Below, piece after piece: positions 35,364 through 47,952 of a DNA stretch of 64,000 bases (positions within the stretch are counted from its first letter, which is position 1; each line of letters begins with the position of its first letter). Location of the stretch: NCBI GenBank assembly GCA_000182565.2, contig KQ257460.1; one strand, given 5' to 3'. This stretch comes from Spizellomyces punctatus DAOM BR117. Taxonomy: Eukaryota. Below the pieces are notes generated by a model. The model worked only from the letters and a program-made list of their open reading frames with translations. It had not been told where the DNA came from and searched no databases. A program made the position numbers and the translations under genes.

Positions 35364-36726
35364 TCAGGATTGTGAGGCCACTGGACCATCTCCCTGAGTG
35401 GCCGCACTTTGATCCGCTGGACCAGCTAATCGTTTGATGTCCGTACCCAAACGTTGTTTTGCTTCAGGGGCCAAGTCGGGATATACCTGTCAAGCGGGGG
35501 AGAGGGGGGGGGGGGTTATATTGGTTGCACTAACAGCGTAACGGGACAAGCGCGAGTAACTGAACATACCCCGCTCATGAACTCAATCAAATTGGCCTCG
35601 GGTAGCTCTATCTTTGCCCGCGGCCCCCACATGTATTCGTACGTATCTGCATCGGCACCTTGCTCCTTTACTCGGTCCAGATACGCTTGTTTGACATACT
35701 CCGTAAGGGCAGCTTCTATCGATCCAAAAACAGAATGTTCCTTCCCTTTTCTGATGCCCAACCTCCGCAGATAGACCAGAAGATGAGCTGTGAAGCATGA
35801 ATCAAATGGTCACGGAATCGCTATCTATCAACATTTTAATTACCTTCGTCAATTCGTCGACCATTTACCAAGATGATGCCCAGTATTATACAGAGCAGAA
35901 CCATCGTCGGTTGCTGATCACCCCAATTTACTATTGAGCGCTCTTCAGCTGATAGAGTGGAGCGAAGAAGATATGCTCTAGTGGATGCCTTTTCTCCCTT
36001 CATGACAGCAGCTAACATATTGTTAGTCTGGGAGTACTCTCGCGAATCTTGCTAGGCAATATCGGTGTACCTCGTTTACTCGTTTGACTGGCAGCGGTCT
36101 GACGCCTTTCCCGACTAGCCATCTCCACCATTTCTACCCCGAAAGTCTGGCGTAATCTTTCCTGGGCTCTTTGAAATACGGCAGCAAATGCTCTTGTGTG
36201 ATCTTTGAGGACTATGGGATGTTGGTTAGCACTTGCGCTATACTATGGGAAAAGAAAATACTTTACCCTTCTTATTGATGTCATCGCGTTTCAGCGGCTG
36301 TTTTCGATGTTCCGTAGCAAGAGCAAGCCGGACCAAGTCCTTTACTTTTCGCTCAACTTCCTGCAAAATATTGTCATCAGAATTCGCAAATAAATAGGAG
36401 TGCGCGAAATAACCTACGTCGGGACTTAAACCCTGCAAATGTTTTTCTGCTGTGGTCACTTTACCCGAAGGAGGGTGCTCGTCCCCTGAGGATTCGTCAT
36501 GGTTCAACTCAACCAGCTGGGATCGTCCAGGCTGCGAAGGCCCCACTTCTTCATGCTCTTCGTTTTCGTCCTTCACAGACAAACTTTCAATTGAGAGCGT
36601 CAGACAGGCTTTGACCAGTAAGGACAACGTACGGGAAGCATTCGAGTAGACCGACGTCGTTGCGACTAAAGCAATGGATGTTAAGACATACTCTCAGACG
36701 AAAAATGTGAGAAATGAACCAACCAT
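35364..36726 (-). CDS. NSE3: MAGE-domain Smc5/6 subunit Nse3 (start uncertain)
   Basis: KVKDLVRLALATEHRKQPLKRDDINKKV, AYLLRSTL, IILGIILVNG, YVKQAYL and YEYMWGPRAKIE MAGE motifs. Confidence 0.85.
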
Positions 36727-36901
36727 CTTTACTGGAGAACTTATTTCACATTGAGAACCTGCGGTTTCGGACAGAACTCCGGACAGACTCGGATTGTTCA
36801 CGTGATGGAACTGGCTATGACAAACTGTTGCCATGGCACGGCCTTTTCGGTGAGAAACACTTCATGCCGCGTTGGTGGTTGCCAGATACCGCACAGCAGC
36901 G

Positions 36902-38128
36902 ATGTCGCCGCCGATGGTTTTCGTGGCAGCGAGGTGTGGAGGACGGCCAATATTAACGTCCTTTGGTCAGAGACCACCGCAACTGATACGGCGGCAGCTG
37001 GTTCATTCCCTGACCACACCTTTGATCCCCAAACCTTGCGCACATTTCCCGCGAACGTCCACCCTCCGAAGTATCCCACTTTTCATACCAAATGCCATCT
37101 TGCAAGTTCGCCATCGCACTTATCGCAAGAAGATAACCAAGCCTCAAAAGCGATATTTTAAATGGGTGGAACGCTTGAAGGCGGAAGGTCTCGAACCACC
37201 AAAGGTCGAGCGTCCTGTAATGGAAAATCGCTTCTGGAAAGTAGTGGGAAATATGAAGATTTACAAGCCCGTATCGCCAGGGTCACGTAACCGTCGGCAT
37301 CCTACCCGGTTTCATCTTTGGCGTGGAGGTTGTATTCAGCGTCTGTCGTACGGCAAGCGATCCACTGGTGGAAGGAACAACACTGGGAAGATCACAGTTC
37401 GCCATCGTGGTGGAGGGCACAAGAAGCGCGTGAGAATGATTGATTTCCATCGTACTACTCCCGGGCCACACGAGGTTGTTCGTTTGGAGTACGACCCCAA
37501 CCGAAGCGCTGAACTCGCCCTGCTACGAAATCTGTCTACCAATGAGTTCAGTTACATCATTCGCCCGGCTGATGTGAACCCAGGCGATATTGTGCAATCA
37601 TGGCGGGAGGGAATTCCCCAACCTGCTGCCGGGGAGGATCCTATCCCTAAAAACCAAATGATTAAAAAGGGAAACTGTCTCATGCTCAAGGACATCCCGG
37701 TCGGTACGGAGATTCACTGCATAGGCCTGAAGGCGGATGGACCTGCAAAGCTTTGTCGATCTGCTGGAGCATCAGGGCAACTTCTCTTCGCCGGTCAAGA
37801 AGGAATGGCCCAAGTTCGGCTTTCCAGCAAGGAAGTTCGTCTCATTCCTGTGGACGCATGTGCGACCATTGGTGTAGTAGGCAACGAGGCCCATCAACAT
37901 CGTAACTGGGGCAAAGCTGGTGCACGTAGGCGAAAGGGGATTAGGCCTACTGTTCGTGGTATTGCGATGAGTCCTGTGGATCATCCTCACGGAGGTGGCG
38001 GTAAAAGTAAGGGCGGCAAGGATCCGAGGAGTCCTTGGGGTTGGAAAACAAAGGGATGGAAGACCGTTCGTAGAAAGAAGTGGTATGTTGTGAAGACGAA
38101 GCGGGAGGCGAAATTGGGTCGCTCTTGA
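36902..38128 (+). CDS. RML2: Mitochondrial ribosomal protein uL2m
   Basis: GGRNNTGKITVRHRGGGHK, EYDPNRSA, RPTVRGIAMSPVDHPHGGG; Arg-rich N-terminal presequence; intronless. Confidence 0.95.
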   Translation: MSPPMVFVAARCGGRPILTSFGQRPPQLIRRQLVHSLTTPLIPKPCAHFPRTSTLRSIPLFIPNAILQVRHRTYRKKITKPQKRYFKWVERLKAEGLEPPKVERPVMENRFWKVVGNMKIYKPVSPGSRNRRHPTRFHLWRGGCIQRLSYGKRSTGGRNNTGKITVRHRGGGHKKRVRMIDFHRTTPGPHEVVRLEYDPNRSAELALLRNLSTNEFSYIIRPADVNPGDIVQSWREGIPQPAAGEDPIPKNQMIKKGNCLMLKDIPVGTEIHCIGLKADGPAKLCRSAGASGQLLFAGQEGMAQVRLSSKEVRLIPVDACATIGVVGNEAHQHRNWGKAGARRRKGIRPTVRGIAMSPVDHPHGGGGKSKGGKDPRSPWGWKTKGWKTVRRKKWYVVKTKREAKLGRS

Positions 38129-38353
38129 TTGTGGGACATAGCATCAAATAGAGGGACATTAATAATATATGCACCATGAGATATGATTACCGCTGGTGGC
38201 CTTCCGGTAATGGAATATGCCATGCACATCACCTCGCAAGTATTTGGCCTATAATTTGCGACAACACTGCACAACTGTGATTTGTTTGTGGGAAAGCAGT
38301 CATGTTCCTCGATGATGCAAAGTTTCTTAGCTGGTCATAAGCAGTACCATTTA

Positions 38354-41300
38354 TCACCTCTTCCTAATTTTCTCTTCGATAAACATCTTCCAATCTTGTA
38401 CGCCCCGTACAACCACACCTACGCCGCACGCAACTTCTGCTAAAGCAGTATCATCCGTTACTAGGGCAAAAGGTACATCCGTCTCATCCAACGGCTGCGG
38501 TGCAACTCTAGTCTGATAATACAGAGCACAAGCAAGAATTGATCGCATATGCTTTGGCACAAAGCCAGCAGAGTTTGGCAGCGTGCCCTCTCGGTCCCAT
38601 AGTGCAATGCGTTCCTCGTCCTGCTGTCCCCGAAGATATTCAGAACGGTATCTGAACCTTTGCTCAAGGTACCGGATCGCCTCGCGGGCTCTAGCATTTA
38701 TTTTTTCGGTACCTTTTTTGAGGCGGTCCAAGTTATCAATAACTGCGATGATGCCGAGTTAATATCAATCATGCTGTTAAGTATTCGATTTTGACCTACC
38801 TTCCATGGGAACTATAACAATCGATTTTCTGGACGCCAACCATTTCTTCACGAGTCCCAGGTGGTGTACATATCCATTGGTATCGATTAAAATCATGGGG
38901 CAAGACAGCTCTTTTAGTTTGTTGATATTTTGCTCCAGTGTGCTAACTTGGTCTTTTAGCCTTTCAGTAGCAAGAGCCTTCATTAATTTGTGCATTTCTT
39001 TTTTCTATACAAGACACAAAGTTAGCCGTCTCCAAACTCCACACGACCAACACAGAATATCACCAACCTTGGCGTCTTCGTCAAGTACATTGAAGGTTCC
39101 ATCAGTTTCATTGAAGCGGAAGAAATTAATTCGCTATATGCTTTTACTTCAATGCAAGATAAAACCAAAACTCGCAAGGACAGGTATACCTCATCTTCTG
39201 ACAATTTCTTGGCAAAACGGGCAACCCTGGCCATTCGAATTGCCATCTGATCTGATACAGCAGATTGCCTGTCTTTTAACACATCCTCGATAGATTCCAG
39301 GTCCAACTGTTGGTAATAATTCCGCAAGGGCAAAAAGCCGAGCAAGTCCGCATCTTCTGGAAGGCAGTCAATGCTTCCATCCATATCAGCAAAAGAAGAT
39401 ATAATGTTCGCAAATTTTCCAAGCGATCGTAAAAATTTGGTGACTGTCTGTACGCAGGAAAAACGTTGTAACACTATGAGCACTCAGTTTTACAGAAGTG
39501 AAGAAGCTGCATCCAGGAGATGCTATATCTACCGGTAATACGACTTCCGCTTCCTTAATCGTTTTAGCGTAGTTCAAGAACATCACAAACACATTAAGAT
39601 TCATTTCTAGCCAGGCGCACATCAGGGCAATTGGTGATAGGTAGCCGAAAAGCCGGCTAGCATCAGGAGACTCGGCTAGGGTCTCCATCGCAACTTCGGT
39701 CTCGGTCATGTTGTTGAGGAGAACATCAAGCATGATAGCCAGAAAATCGAACGCCATCGCTGCAAGAAAGACTTGAATAATCCGAACTCGATGTCGCACG
39801 GCCGTTTGATCTATGCTCCTGGTGAATTTAGTGACTCTGAGACCAGCTTGTACGCTTGGGACGGATGATCAAAGTACCAGTTTTGCCAAAGCGTTGATCC
39901 ATATCATAGTATGTCGCTGCCAATATTGGCATCACCATCCGCAACCAATCAGGGAGAGGAACAGCCTGCGATGATGTAGTCGGAATGGCACGCACTATTT
40001 CTATCGTCTTCACATAACTTGAAAGCAAGTCACTGTAGACAAGGAATTAGCAAACACCAAGCAAGAGAAGCGAAGGGATCTGCCCACCTCATGACTACGC
40101 TTTCTGGATCGAAAGTCTGGCGATGGAATGACAGGAAGTCGGTGGTTGCTTGTTGCAATGGGAACCTAAATAACAGTGAGCGCGGCACTTTGCAACAGGG
40201 AAGAGTGCTATAGTACCTTGAGGACTGCGGTTCAGAGGACTGTAGCATCGCTTTCGTTTCCTGACTGTTGTAGAAAGCGGTAATATTCTCTTTCGTGACG
40301 CTATGAGGATTGAGGTTTGCCAGGCTAATAAAAAAATTCAATATCCACAGCGCACACACAGCATTTGGGCAGATTTTATATGTAGGGAGAACTGACCTCA
40401 AGCAGTACCAGTAAATCACCTCAAGATCACTTCGCGTATAGCTGGCGACGATAGCAAGTTGTGAGTAGGGTTTACCTGAAAAGCACATCAGCCTCTACAT
40501 CGATCGCAATCAAATCCAGGCCATTGACTTACCAATGTCTGGATTTATTCTAATCGCTTTGAGGTAGTGATAGCGCGGGCTCTGCCAATTCTTTCCATTA
40601 CTGAGACTGTGAATCTCGCGATACCGTGCTATCTCAATCAAGGATGAGCGACAAGCACCACTAAGACATGCATAAATGCACACAGTAACCAGAACTTACA
40701 TAAATCTCCAAGATAGACAGTACACTTATGGATCAGCTGGAAAAGCGAAAGCTTTACTTGCACATCGGACAGCGGTTCATCATGAGCGTCTCGCTTGCAT
40801 GCATATTGTTCTATATCCCGGGACATGAGTGATCCCGTCATTGAAATTAAGTGTAAGGGTAACCCTTTCCTACCAATGCCAAAAGCAATCAAATCTTCTT
40901 GGAAAGTACTCTTCATTGTTAATAGCAATGTTTGATAAAAGCTAATAGCCATATTCAAATGGTTCTGAAGTTCCTCCGAAGCGGCAAGAAGAGATGGATT
41001 CGGCTCAATCTGTAACTGCACATTTAAAAATATACGTTAGATTATACTGTGCCAGATCCGAAAATGCAGGATTCAACGGACTTTTCGGATCAAGCTGCGA
41101 AGTTCTTCCAGTCGCACGTAAAATACAACATTCCAAAGCTTATCATCAACATTCTTTGCAGCGGCAAAGGTGGGGTCGACTATTATCAAGTCCTCGTAAA
41201 GCTCTAAAAGACATAATCGAAGGCGTCCCGCATCTGTATCTACCAATGCCAAGCTGCGTTGCTGACGTTTGCGGAGCTCATGCTCTCGAAGCGCACGTTC

Positions 41301-41434
41301 AAAAGACTGCGCCTCACTATAGGATTTTTGATAACAATGAAGGTTATTGAGGGAAGTCAGTTACAATCACTGTCCGGGACTAACCTCCACAGTGATACGG
41401 TGTCTAGCCTGTCCTTTGACATCGGTTTGGTCAT
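38354..41434 (-). CDS. EST1/SMG5-7 family protein with C-terminal PIN domain
   Basis: 14-3-3-like/TPR region (HKCTVYLGDL..RYRE, GKPYSQLAIVA); PIN ILIDTN...IVIVP...LDRLKKG...AREAIRYLE...LVTDD. Confidence 0.85.
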
Positions 41435-42152
41435 GTTGGATACGTAAGTGGCCAAGTCGTTTTCTCGTTCCCAATTTGCTTTGATAGCATAGCCGTACTC
41501 AGACTTCTACGACACTGGCTGATAGCTAGTCATTCGCGATCTCTCGCTGATCGCGCTTGGCACGATGGTCAACAGTTGACTGTGTCAAATGAACCTGGAT
41601 GTGGCAGATTGGCACGGTGACTTTACCAAAATAATAATAATGTTTAGCTTACCCAGGTTCTCACGCGTTCTGGCGCTAAAATATCCTCCGGGAATCGGAA
41701 GCAACAAGCCATCGTTGTCTCTTCATTGCACGCGGGCGAGGTTGGTTCATCAGGTACGGCATCTCAGCGCTGTGCATCGGAGGGCTGCCCTGCATCCAAA
41801 TGACGAATATCGAAATATCGAATTCGAATAATCAGCGACCAGAACGCTGAGGCACGTGAGAGCAGATCAAAGCATTCTGATTGGTTACCAGATGTCGGTA
41901 GTTGCCGGTTCAAGGACTCGACCTCACGTTTTCCTCCTCCCAACAGAACTAGCGCCATTGCCTCCAGAAGCCTCCCCCGACTGTTGCGAGCGACTGCATC
42001 GACACATTCAACTGTAACATATGTATCAATCGGGCAGTGCGGTGGTTTTAGGAGGAGTGTGCTACGTGTGCTATTCAGCAGCCATATTATTTTATCCAGC
42101 GCTTTTGACTTGCGCATCAGGGAGCCTGACGCTGGCCGTCAACCGGACAGTT

Positions 42153-43359
42153 ATGGCTTCACCCTCGCATCATGTTACAGAGTACGTACTAAGTATCCTA
42201 TGAACTACAGAAGGTTTAAAACACACGGCGGACGCTGTCTAATTGCCGATCCACAATGTCTCCAGAGGAAGTTCTGACGGAGGTCGCTTCAAGCTGATCC
42301 TCCGACAACAACCAAAACGTGCGAGAATGTGTGGCTTTTCTGACACCAAAGATCGACGGCTTGTGTGCGTACGCTCGTCTTTAGGAATATTTCTGTGTGT
42401 GTGGCTGATGTCTGAGATGCGTATGGTTCCTCAGCGACCCACCACCAGTACTGCAGCTTATTTTTGTTACAGATGGAGAAGATGTGCTTGTCAGGTGAAT
42501 ATCAGATCTCTCATTATTAGACTGCGAGTGCATCAGTCCACCAACTGACTTTATTAAAGGGCCGAAGAAACTCCAAGATGGATTTGTCACGTTGCCCTAT
42601 ACTCTCCAGATGGCACTGAAGATTGCAGCATCGTGGTCAATCCCCGCGCAATAGGTAGCGGCAGCGATGAGGGACAACCAGCTGAACCCCCTTCGGGCAC
42701 TGTGTCCGATCGAAAAAGATTCCGACCTTGGTGTACAGAGGACTCAACACGCGATCCGTTGACTGCCGGGGTGACGACCCTAATAAATACATCACCACTT
42801 GACGCAACATCACGTTCGGGTTCGTCAACCCCTGATCAATCGCGATACTATCAGTCCTTGGTCGGATCTACCGTCGTTCCCTGTGAGATCCTCCGAGACC
42901 CGGACGGGCAACTGGGCATGTTCTTTGTATTTCACGACTTGTCTGTACGGACTAAGGGGCAATATCGCCTGAAGTTTCTGTTGGTACAACTGAATCTGTG
43001 CGCATCAAATGATACTACTGGGCAGTCGGGATCTTCCGATTTCTTATTAATTTTTCTTGCTTTCTGCCTGCAGAGAGGGTAAGGTATCAGAAGCAAAAGG
43101 CAGCGTAATGACAGACATTCTCGATGTTTTCCCACCAAAGACGTTCCCAGGGATGACGGGTGAGTATGTGGCGCTCTCGCACGTAATGTTGCTAGCTTGA
43201 CGCCTGATACCGCGGTTATTAGAATCGACGCGACTTTCAAAGTGCTTTGCTCGACAGGGCGTTCCAATTCACATTCGCCAGGATTATTCAACAAGTAGGG
43301 AGCCACTTGCAGTACTGCCTTGCTGGACATCTATCCCGGAAGAAGAAAAAGACAAGTAG
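42153..43359 (+). CDS. Velvet-family transcription factor
   Basis: LILRQQPKRARMCGF..KDRRLVDPPPVLQL, LVGS, FFVFHDLSVRTKGQYRLKF, VFPPKTFPGMTEST.LSKCFARQGVPIHIR. Confidence 0.92.
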
Positions 43360-43952
43360 CTACGGCTTTATCTATTAGCGCAAAGCGTATGAACCGGCAG
43401 TTGCTTGGTCTCTAGAGACATGTGAAAGCAAACGATTGCGACCTATCTCTCCGCCCCTTTCTCTCTTCAGCAGCCAAATTAGCTAGCTACTGCTGGGTTC
43501 CGTCCCTGAAGATTCAAGAATTTGTTCATTGGCTCCAAAGAGGGATCTTTGTATTCACCCGTTCATAGAAATTTGATAGCTTCAGTGCTCATTTAGATGA
43601 TTTTAATTTGAAGACTTGCTGCTTGCCTAATCCTCTCACGTGAGTTGATGACAGGTTCACGGTCAGGCTCAATGTCAAGCTGCCTGCCAGCCACTGCCAA
43701 GATCAGCGTTTTCCCGTTTTGTGCGTTTCGCCCACTTTAAAAGTTTCCCCAACTCAACCCCCAGGAAACACAGCTTGCCTTGGATTCCTGATATATCTCT
43801 AGTCAAGGGCGAAGACCATCATCTGAAACGGTTGTTGGCAGTGGTGGCACTCGAGGACGATACAAGGCAACTTTCTAGGGAAGTTGCTCCAGTCAAACTG
43901 CCATTGGTTTCGGTTCTACTGGGATTTCCAGCTTTCCACGTCTTGTGACACG

Positions 43953-46900
43953 ATGTCGTCCGACAAGCTTGGCCTACTTTTTGTCAGTTCGTGCGTTTCC
44001 ATGCGAACAGATGAGATGAACCCTACCATGGGATTTTTGTGCTTGGCAAAGCAGGAGGTATAGGTTATTAGGCCGCACTGGACCGAATTGAATAGCTGAC
44101 TTACTACATTCATAGGAACCACTTACATTCATTTTTGCTTGGGTACCTCGGAGAACCATACCAGCAGATGAGGTTCACATGTATTTGGAAGTCGCTGGGA
44201 AAACAAGGAAGGGTGAGTGGTGCCTTAAATTTAGTAATGGGCGGAGCTCTATGGATTGCTGATAGGGAAGAGTTGACAGCACGAGCGCTTTTTTCACGAC
44301 CTGACTCTACCACCCTCGTCACAACTCCAACCCAGACGCTCTCGGCGATAACTGAAGCCATCTCGGCTCCGTTGGACGACATTCAAACCATTGGAATTGC
44401 AAACGAGCTCACCCTTGCGGATGGTGCAGAAATCTGCCTAGTGAGGCTTATTGTAACGCTGACGTTTGAGGGTGCCCAACTGCCAGATTTATGGTTTGAG
44501 AAGGACGAATCCGGACGAGCTCCTTCCATCGTCGATGTTGAGACGGAATTGCGCGGTTGGTTCTCGGCGATAGGGAAGGATCTAGTAAGGTACATTCTTT
44601 GGCGCCATAATATGTTTTTTGAAGAGCTCCCATACTGATGCAACCAGCCGCGTCTTCTAGGAGAAACCAGGACGACGAGGAGCGCCCTTCTAGCTCCACT
44701 CCATACCTTTATGATCTCAGGCCAAAATCTAATGAAGTAACGCGACCAGAGTCCCCACATAGATGGCCCGAAGGATGGCCAAGTATTCCCCAAGGTTCGA
44801 CGATACATCGCATTGGAACGTACGGATTTAACGTTGTCACGAACATAGTTGGCCAGCCTATGGCAGACGTGCGTACTATACTAGTTGATGACTGTCGCAA
44901 GGTGTCCGTAGAGCTGACATTCCTTCATCATAGAAAATTGAGGGTGCTGGATGGAATATGCTAGAGCGATTTTCGAAAGTGACAAACTACGCCAAGAGTA
45001 CGACAGGTAATACCCATAACAAATGCTCAGATCTCTCGTAAACTACTCACATCAACGGCAGTCCAGGTACTGGAGCACCCCCTAGCTAGACCAATCCTTC
45101 CTTTCATTCCCCAAAACATCCGTTCCTACTTTCTGTCCTCTGGAGAAGCTGAGGCGCTACTGGAGGAATATGAACCGGCTGGCCACTATCTTGCGGTCTT
45201 TGCAGCAGAACTGCAGAGCAGACTGGGCCAACACCCACCGCAATTGCTGGATCCCACCAAGGATACAACGCGGGATTTTGAAAATCTGGCGGTGTGTTGC
45301 GACTTTCGATGTCACGGAAAGTCTACATTGGATTGTTAATACTGTTCAATTTCTTGGTTCAGGCAGGACGACAGCATCATCGAACAGGGCGGCCCCTTTC
45401 TGCAGAACAATGGGTATCCTGGTATGATACCGAAGGGCGATTAACTGTTTCTGAGCAAGAGGTCAAGGCGGTCATTTTTGTCGGGGTAAAGTTATTGTTG
45501 AAGCGTGCCTTTTGATGAATACCGGCTGGTTAAACGGCTGTAACGGCAGGGAGTGGAAGCCGACATACGCGTCGACGTGTGGAAATACCTGCTAAAAGTA
45601 TATCCATACAACTCTACCGAGGTGGAACGTGCGGAACTAGTCAAGGAGAAAAGGCGAGCAGGAAGATAGATGGTACATCGTACACCTGTACAGGCTTTGA
45701 CGCTGTACTATATTTTTAGAGCCCAATATGCAGATATGAAAGCTCAATGGATGGCCATCTTGACGGATGCGGCGAACGCGGACGCAGCTGCTCTTGCAGC
45801 CGGGCACAAGCTTGAGGAGCGGGAGACACAGGCGGGCGATGAAAAGGAAGATGCTGACGTGGTCACAAAGATTCGAGAGCGGAAATATCGCGTTGGTAAG
45901 AACTATGAGCTGGAGAGCGGATGATGCAATTCATGACATTCATTTGACTCGTTTGTTTAGAAAAAGATGTTGTTCGCACAGATCGTACCGTACCGTTCTT
46001 TGCTGGCCCACAAACTGAAACAAATGGGGCCACTTCCGTGTCGCCATCGGACATGCAAGAGGTTATCGGGGCAAATCCTAATCTTGAGATGTTGCGAAAT
46101 GTTCTCGTAACCTATACTGTCTATAATTTTGAGCTAGGTATGTTAGGAACCTCACTCTCCACAAACAAGTGCATTGTGAGCTGACTAGTGCCCCTTACGT
46201 TAGGTTATGTCCAAGGAATGAACGACCTACTAGCACCGATATTGGTAGTAATGCAGGATGAAACCGACTCATTTTGGTCCTTTGTAGAGTTCATGAACAT
46301 TATGGTGCGCATGAGAGTTGGTGAAACCACGATATTTTGTTGTGCGACAGTGTCCCTAATAAGGTATCCTTTCAATGGGAATTGATAGCAGTCAAACTTT
46401 TTCCGAGATCAGAGTGGAATGCGCTCACAGCTGCGGCGGTTGGAGCTTCTCATTAAGTTTGTCGATCCATATTTGTACGCGCACATGGGTGAGTTGGCTG
46501 TGGAGGGGTTATTTTACAATTGGCAGTGTATTCATATACTGTGATATTCTGGCAGAGAGCACGGATAGCATCAACCTGTTTTGCTGTTTCCGATGGCTTC
46601 TGATCCTTTTTAAGCGCGAGTTTGACTTTGGAGACTGTATGCGGCTTTGGGAGACGTTGTGGGTATGCCCCTTGACCAAGCATTTCCATCTTTTCGTCGC
46701 TCTTGCAATTTTGAATCGCCATCGAAAGGACTTAATGGGAAAGGCGGCTTTCGATGAGACGTTGAAGGCAAGAAACAATGTTTTTTTTTTTTTTTGCAAG
46801 GAAATGATTTATCTCTGACTCTTTTAGTATAGTTTATAAATGACTTATCCAACCAGATACCTCTTGAAAGCACGCTCGAACGGGCTGAGGTACTATTTCA

Positions 46901-47141
46901 GGTTTTCCGCGACCGTATAGGAGAAACGGCGCGTGAGCGCCTTGGCGTGGATCTGGCAGTCGATGCGCCCCCAATTGCATCTGGCAGCTTTTTACGTCCA
47001 CCTGGCAAGAGCGTCCAGAGGTCGCCGTCTCCAGTTTCGGAACGAGGACGGTCAAGGGAAAAGCAACGAGACGCCATGAAGGAGTTGGAGTGTACCGAGG
47101 AGGAGCTGTGGGAGTTGGTGTCACTGTTGGAAAGGCGATAA
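43953..47141 (+). CDS. GYP7: TBC-domain Rab GAP Gyp7 (TBC1D15/17-like)
   Basis: GGVEADIRVDVWKYLL, EKDVVRTDR, GYVQGMNDLLAPI, FCCFRWLLILFKREF, FDETLKFINDLS. Confidence 0.88.
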
Positions 47142-47381
47142 CCTTTTCAATTTTGGGAATATGGTATGAGTGACAAGAGTTGTAGCAGTATATTTGGGGG
47201 AAATTTTTGCGGTTCGAAGTATGTGTTGATAAACGTTTGTTTTTGGTCTGACATTTGGTTAGACAGCCATTCCTTGAACTGGTCTTCGTTCTCTCTTCGT
47301 TCGCACTGGGAAACGGGGTTTTCTGGACGTTGACTGTGTTATTTTCATGACAGATTAGCATTCTCTCTGTTTTGATGTCAA

Positions 47382-47453
47382 GCAACCATAGTGCAGTGGT
47401 TAACATACCTGCCTTCCAAGCAGGTGGCCCGGGTTCGAATCCCGGTGGTTGCA
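47382..47453 (+). tRNA. tRNA-Gly(TCC)
   Basis: 72-nt cloverleaf GCAACCA...TGGTTGCA; anticodon arm CCTGC-CTTCCAA-GCAGG; GTTCGAATC T-loop. Confidence 0.95.
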
Positions 47454-47952
47454 TTCACGCTGGGTTTCGTGCATTTACATTTTTGCATCTGTCTCTGTCC
47501 TACACTGCTATAGGAAGTTTCTGGCAACAAGACAAACTACAAGGAGTTTAACGTAGACGATGTATCTCAGTGGGTCATTTTAGACTAGATGAATGTTATT
47601 ATCGTTTAGATTGAACACGAATTTTGTATATTGATTATTGCTAAGATGACTCATTTGGCTCGATTCGAGCTGGCCTTGGCTTAGATGACACAGCAAGACT
47701 TTTGACGGCTTGGTCGGTGTCAAAACGATCAGGATCCCTAGAGACATGCTATTATCCTAAGACACGAAACTCCGTAGCGCAAGAATATTTGGTAACGCTA
47801 CCAGCGTCGGGGTTTAAAACTGGAGTGAATCAAGAATCGCGCAGATCACCACCATCTTGACTGTAAATGAGCACGAGGTGTTGATGCATGTTGCGACTAA
47901 CAGGTTGTTAAATCAAGTATTCGTCGGTACCACTGGATATCGCTAATTGTAG

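Noticed and set aside
36902..38128. Bacterial-like rplB as possible horizontal transfer or contamination
   Set aside because: Long Arg-rich presequence and no ribosomal operon: a normal nuclear-encoded mitochondrial uL2m
46834..47454. 206-aa minus-strand ORF starting MQPPGFEPGPPAWKAG
   Set aside because: Antisense translation of tRNA-Gly and the GYP7 3' end
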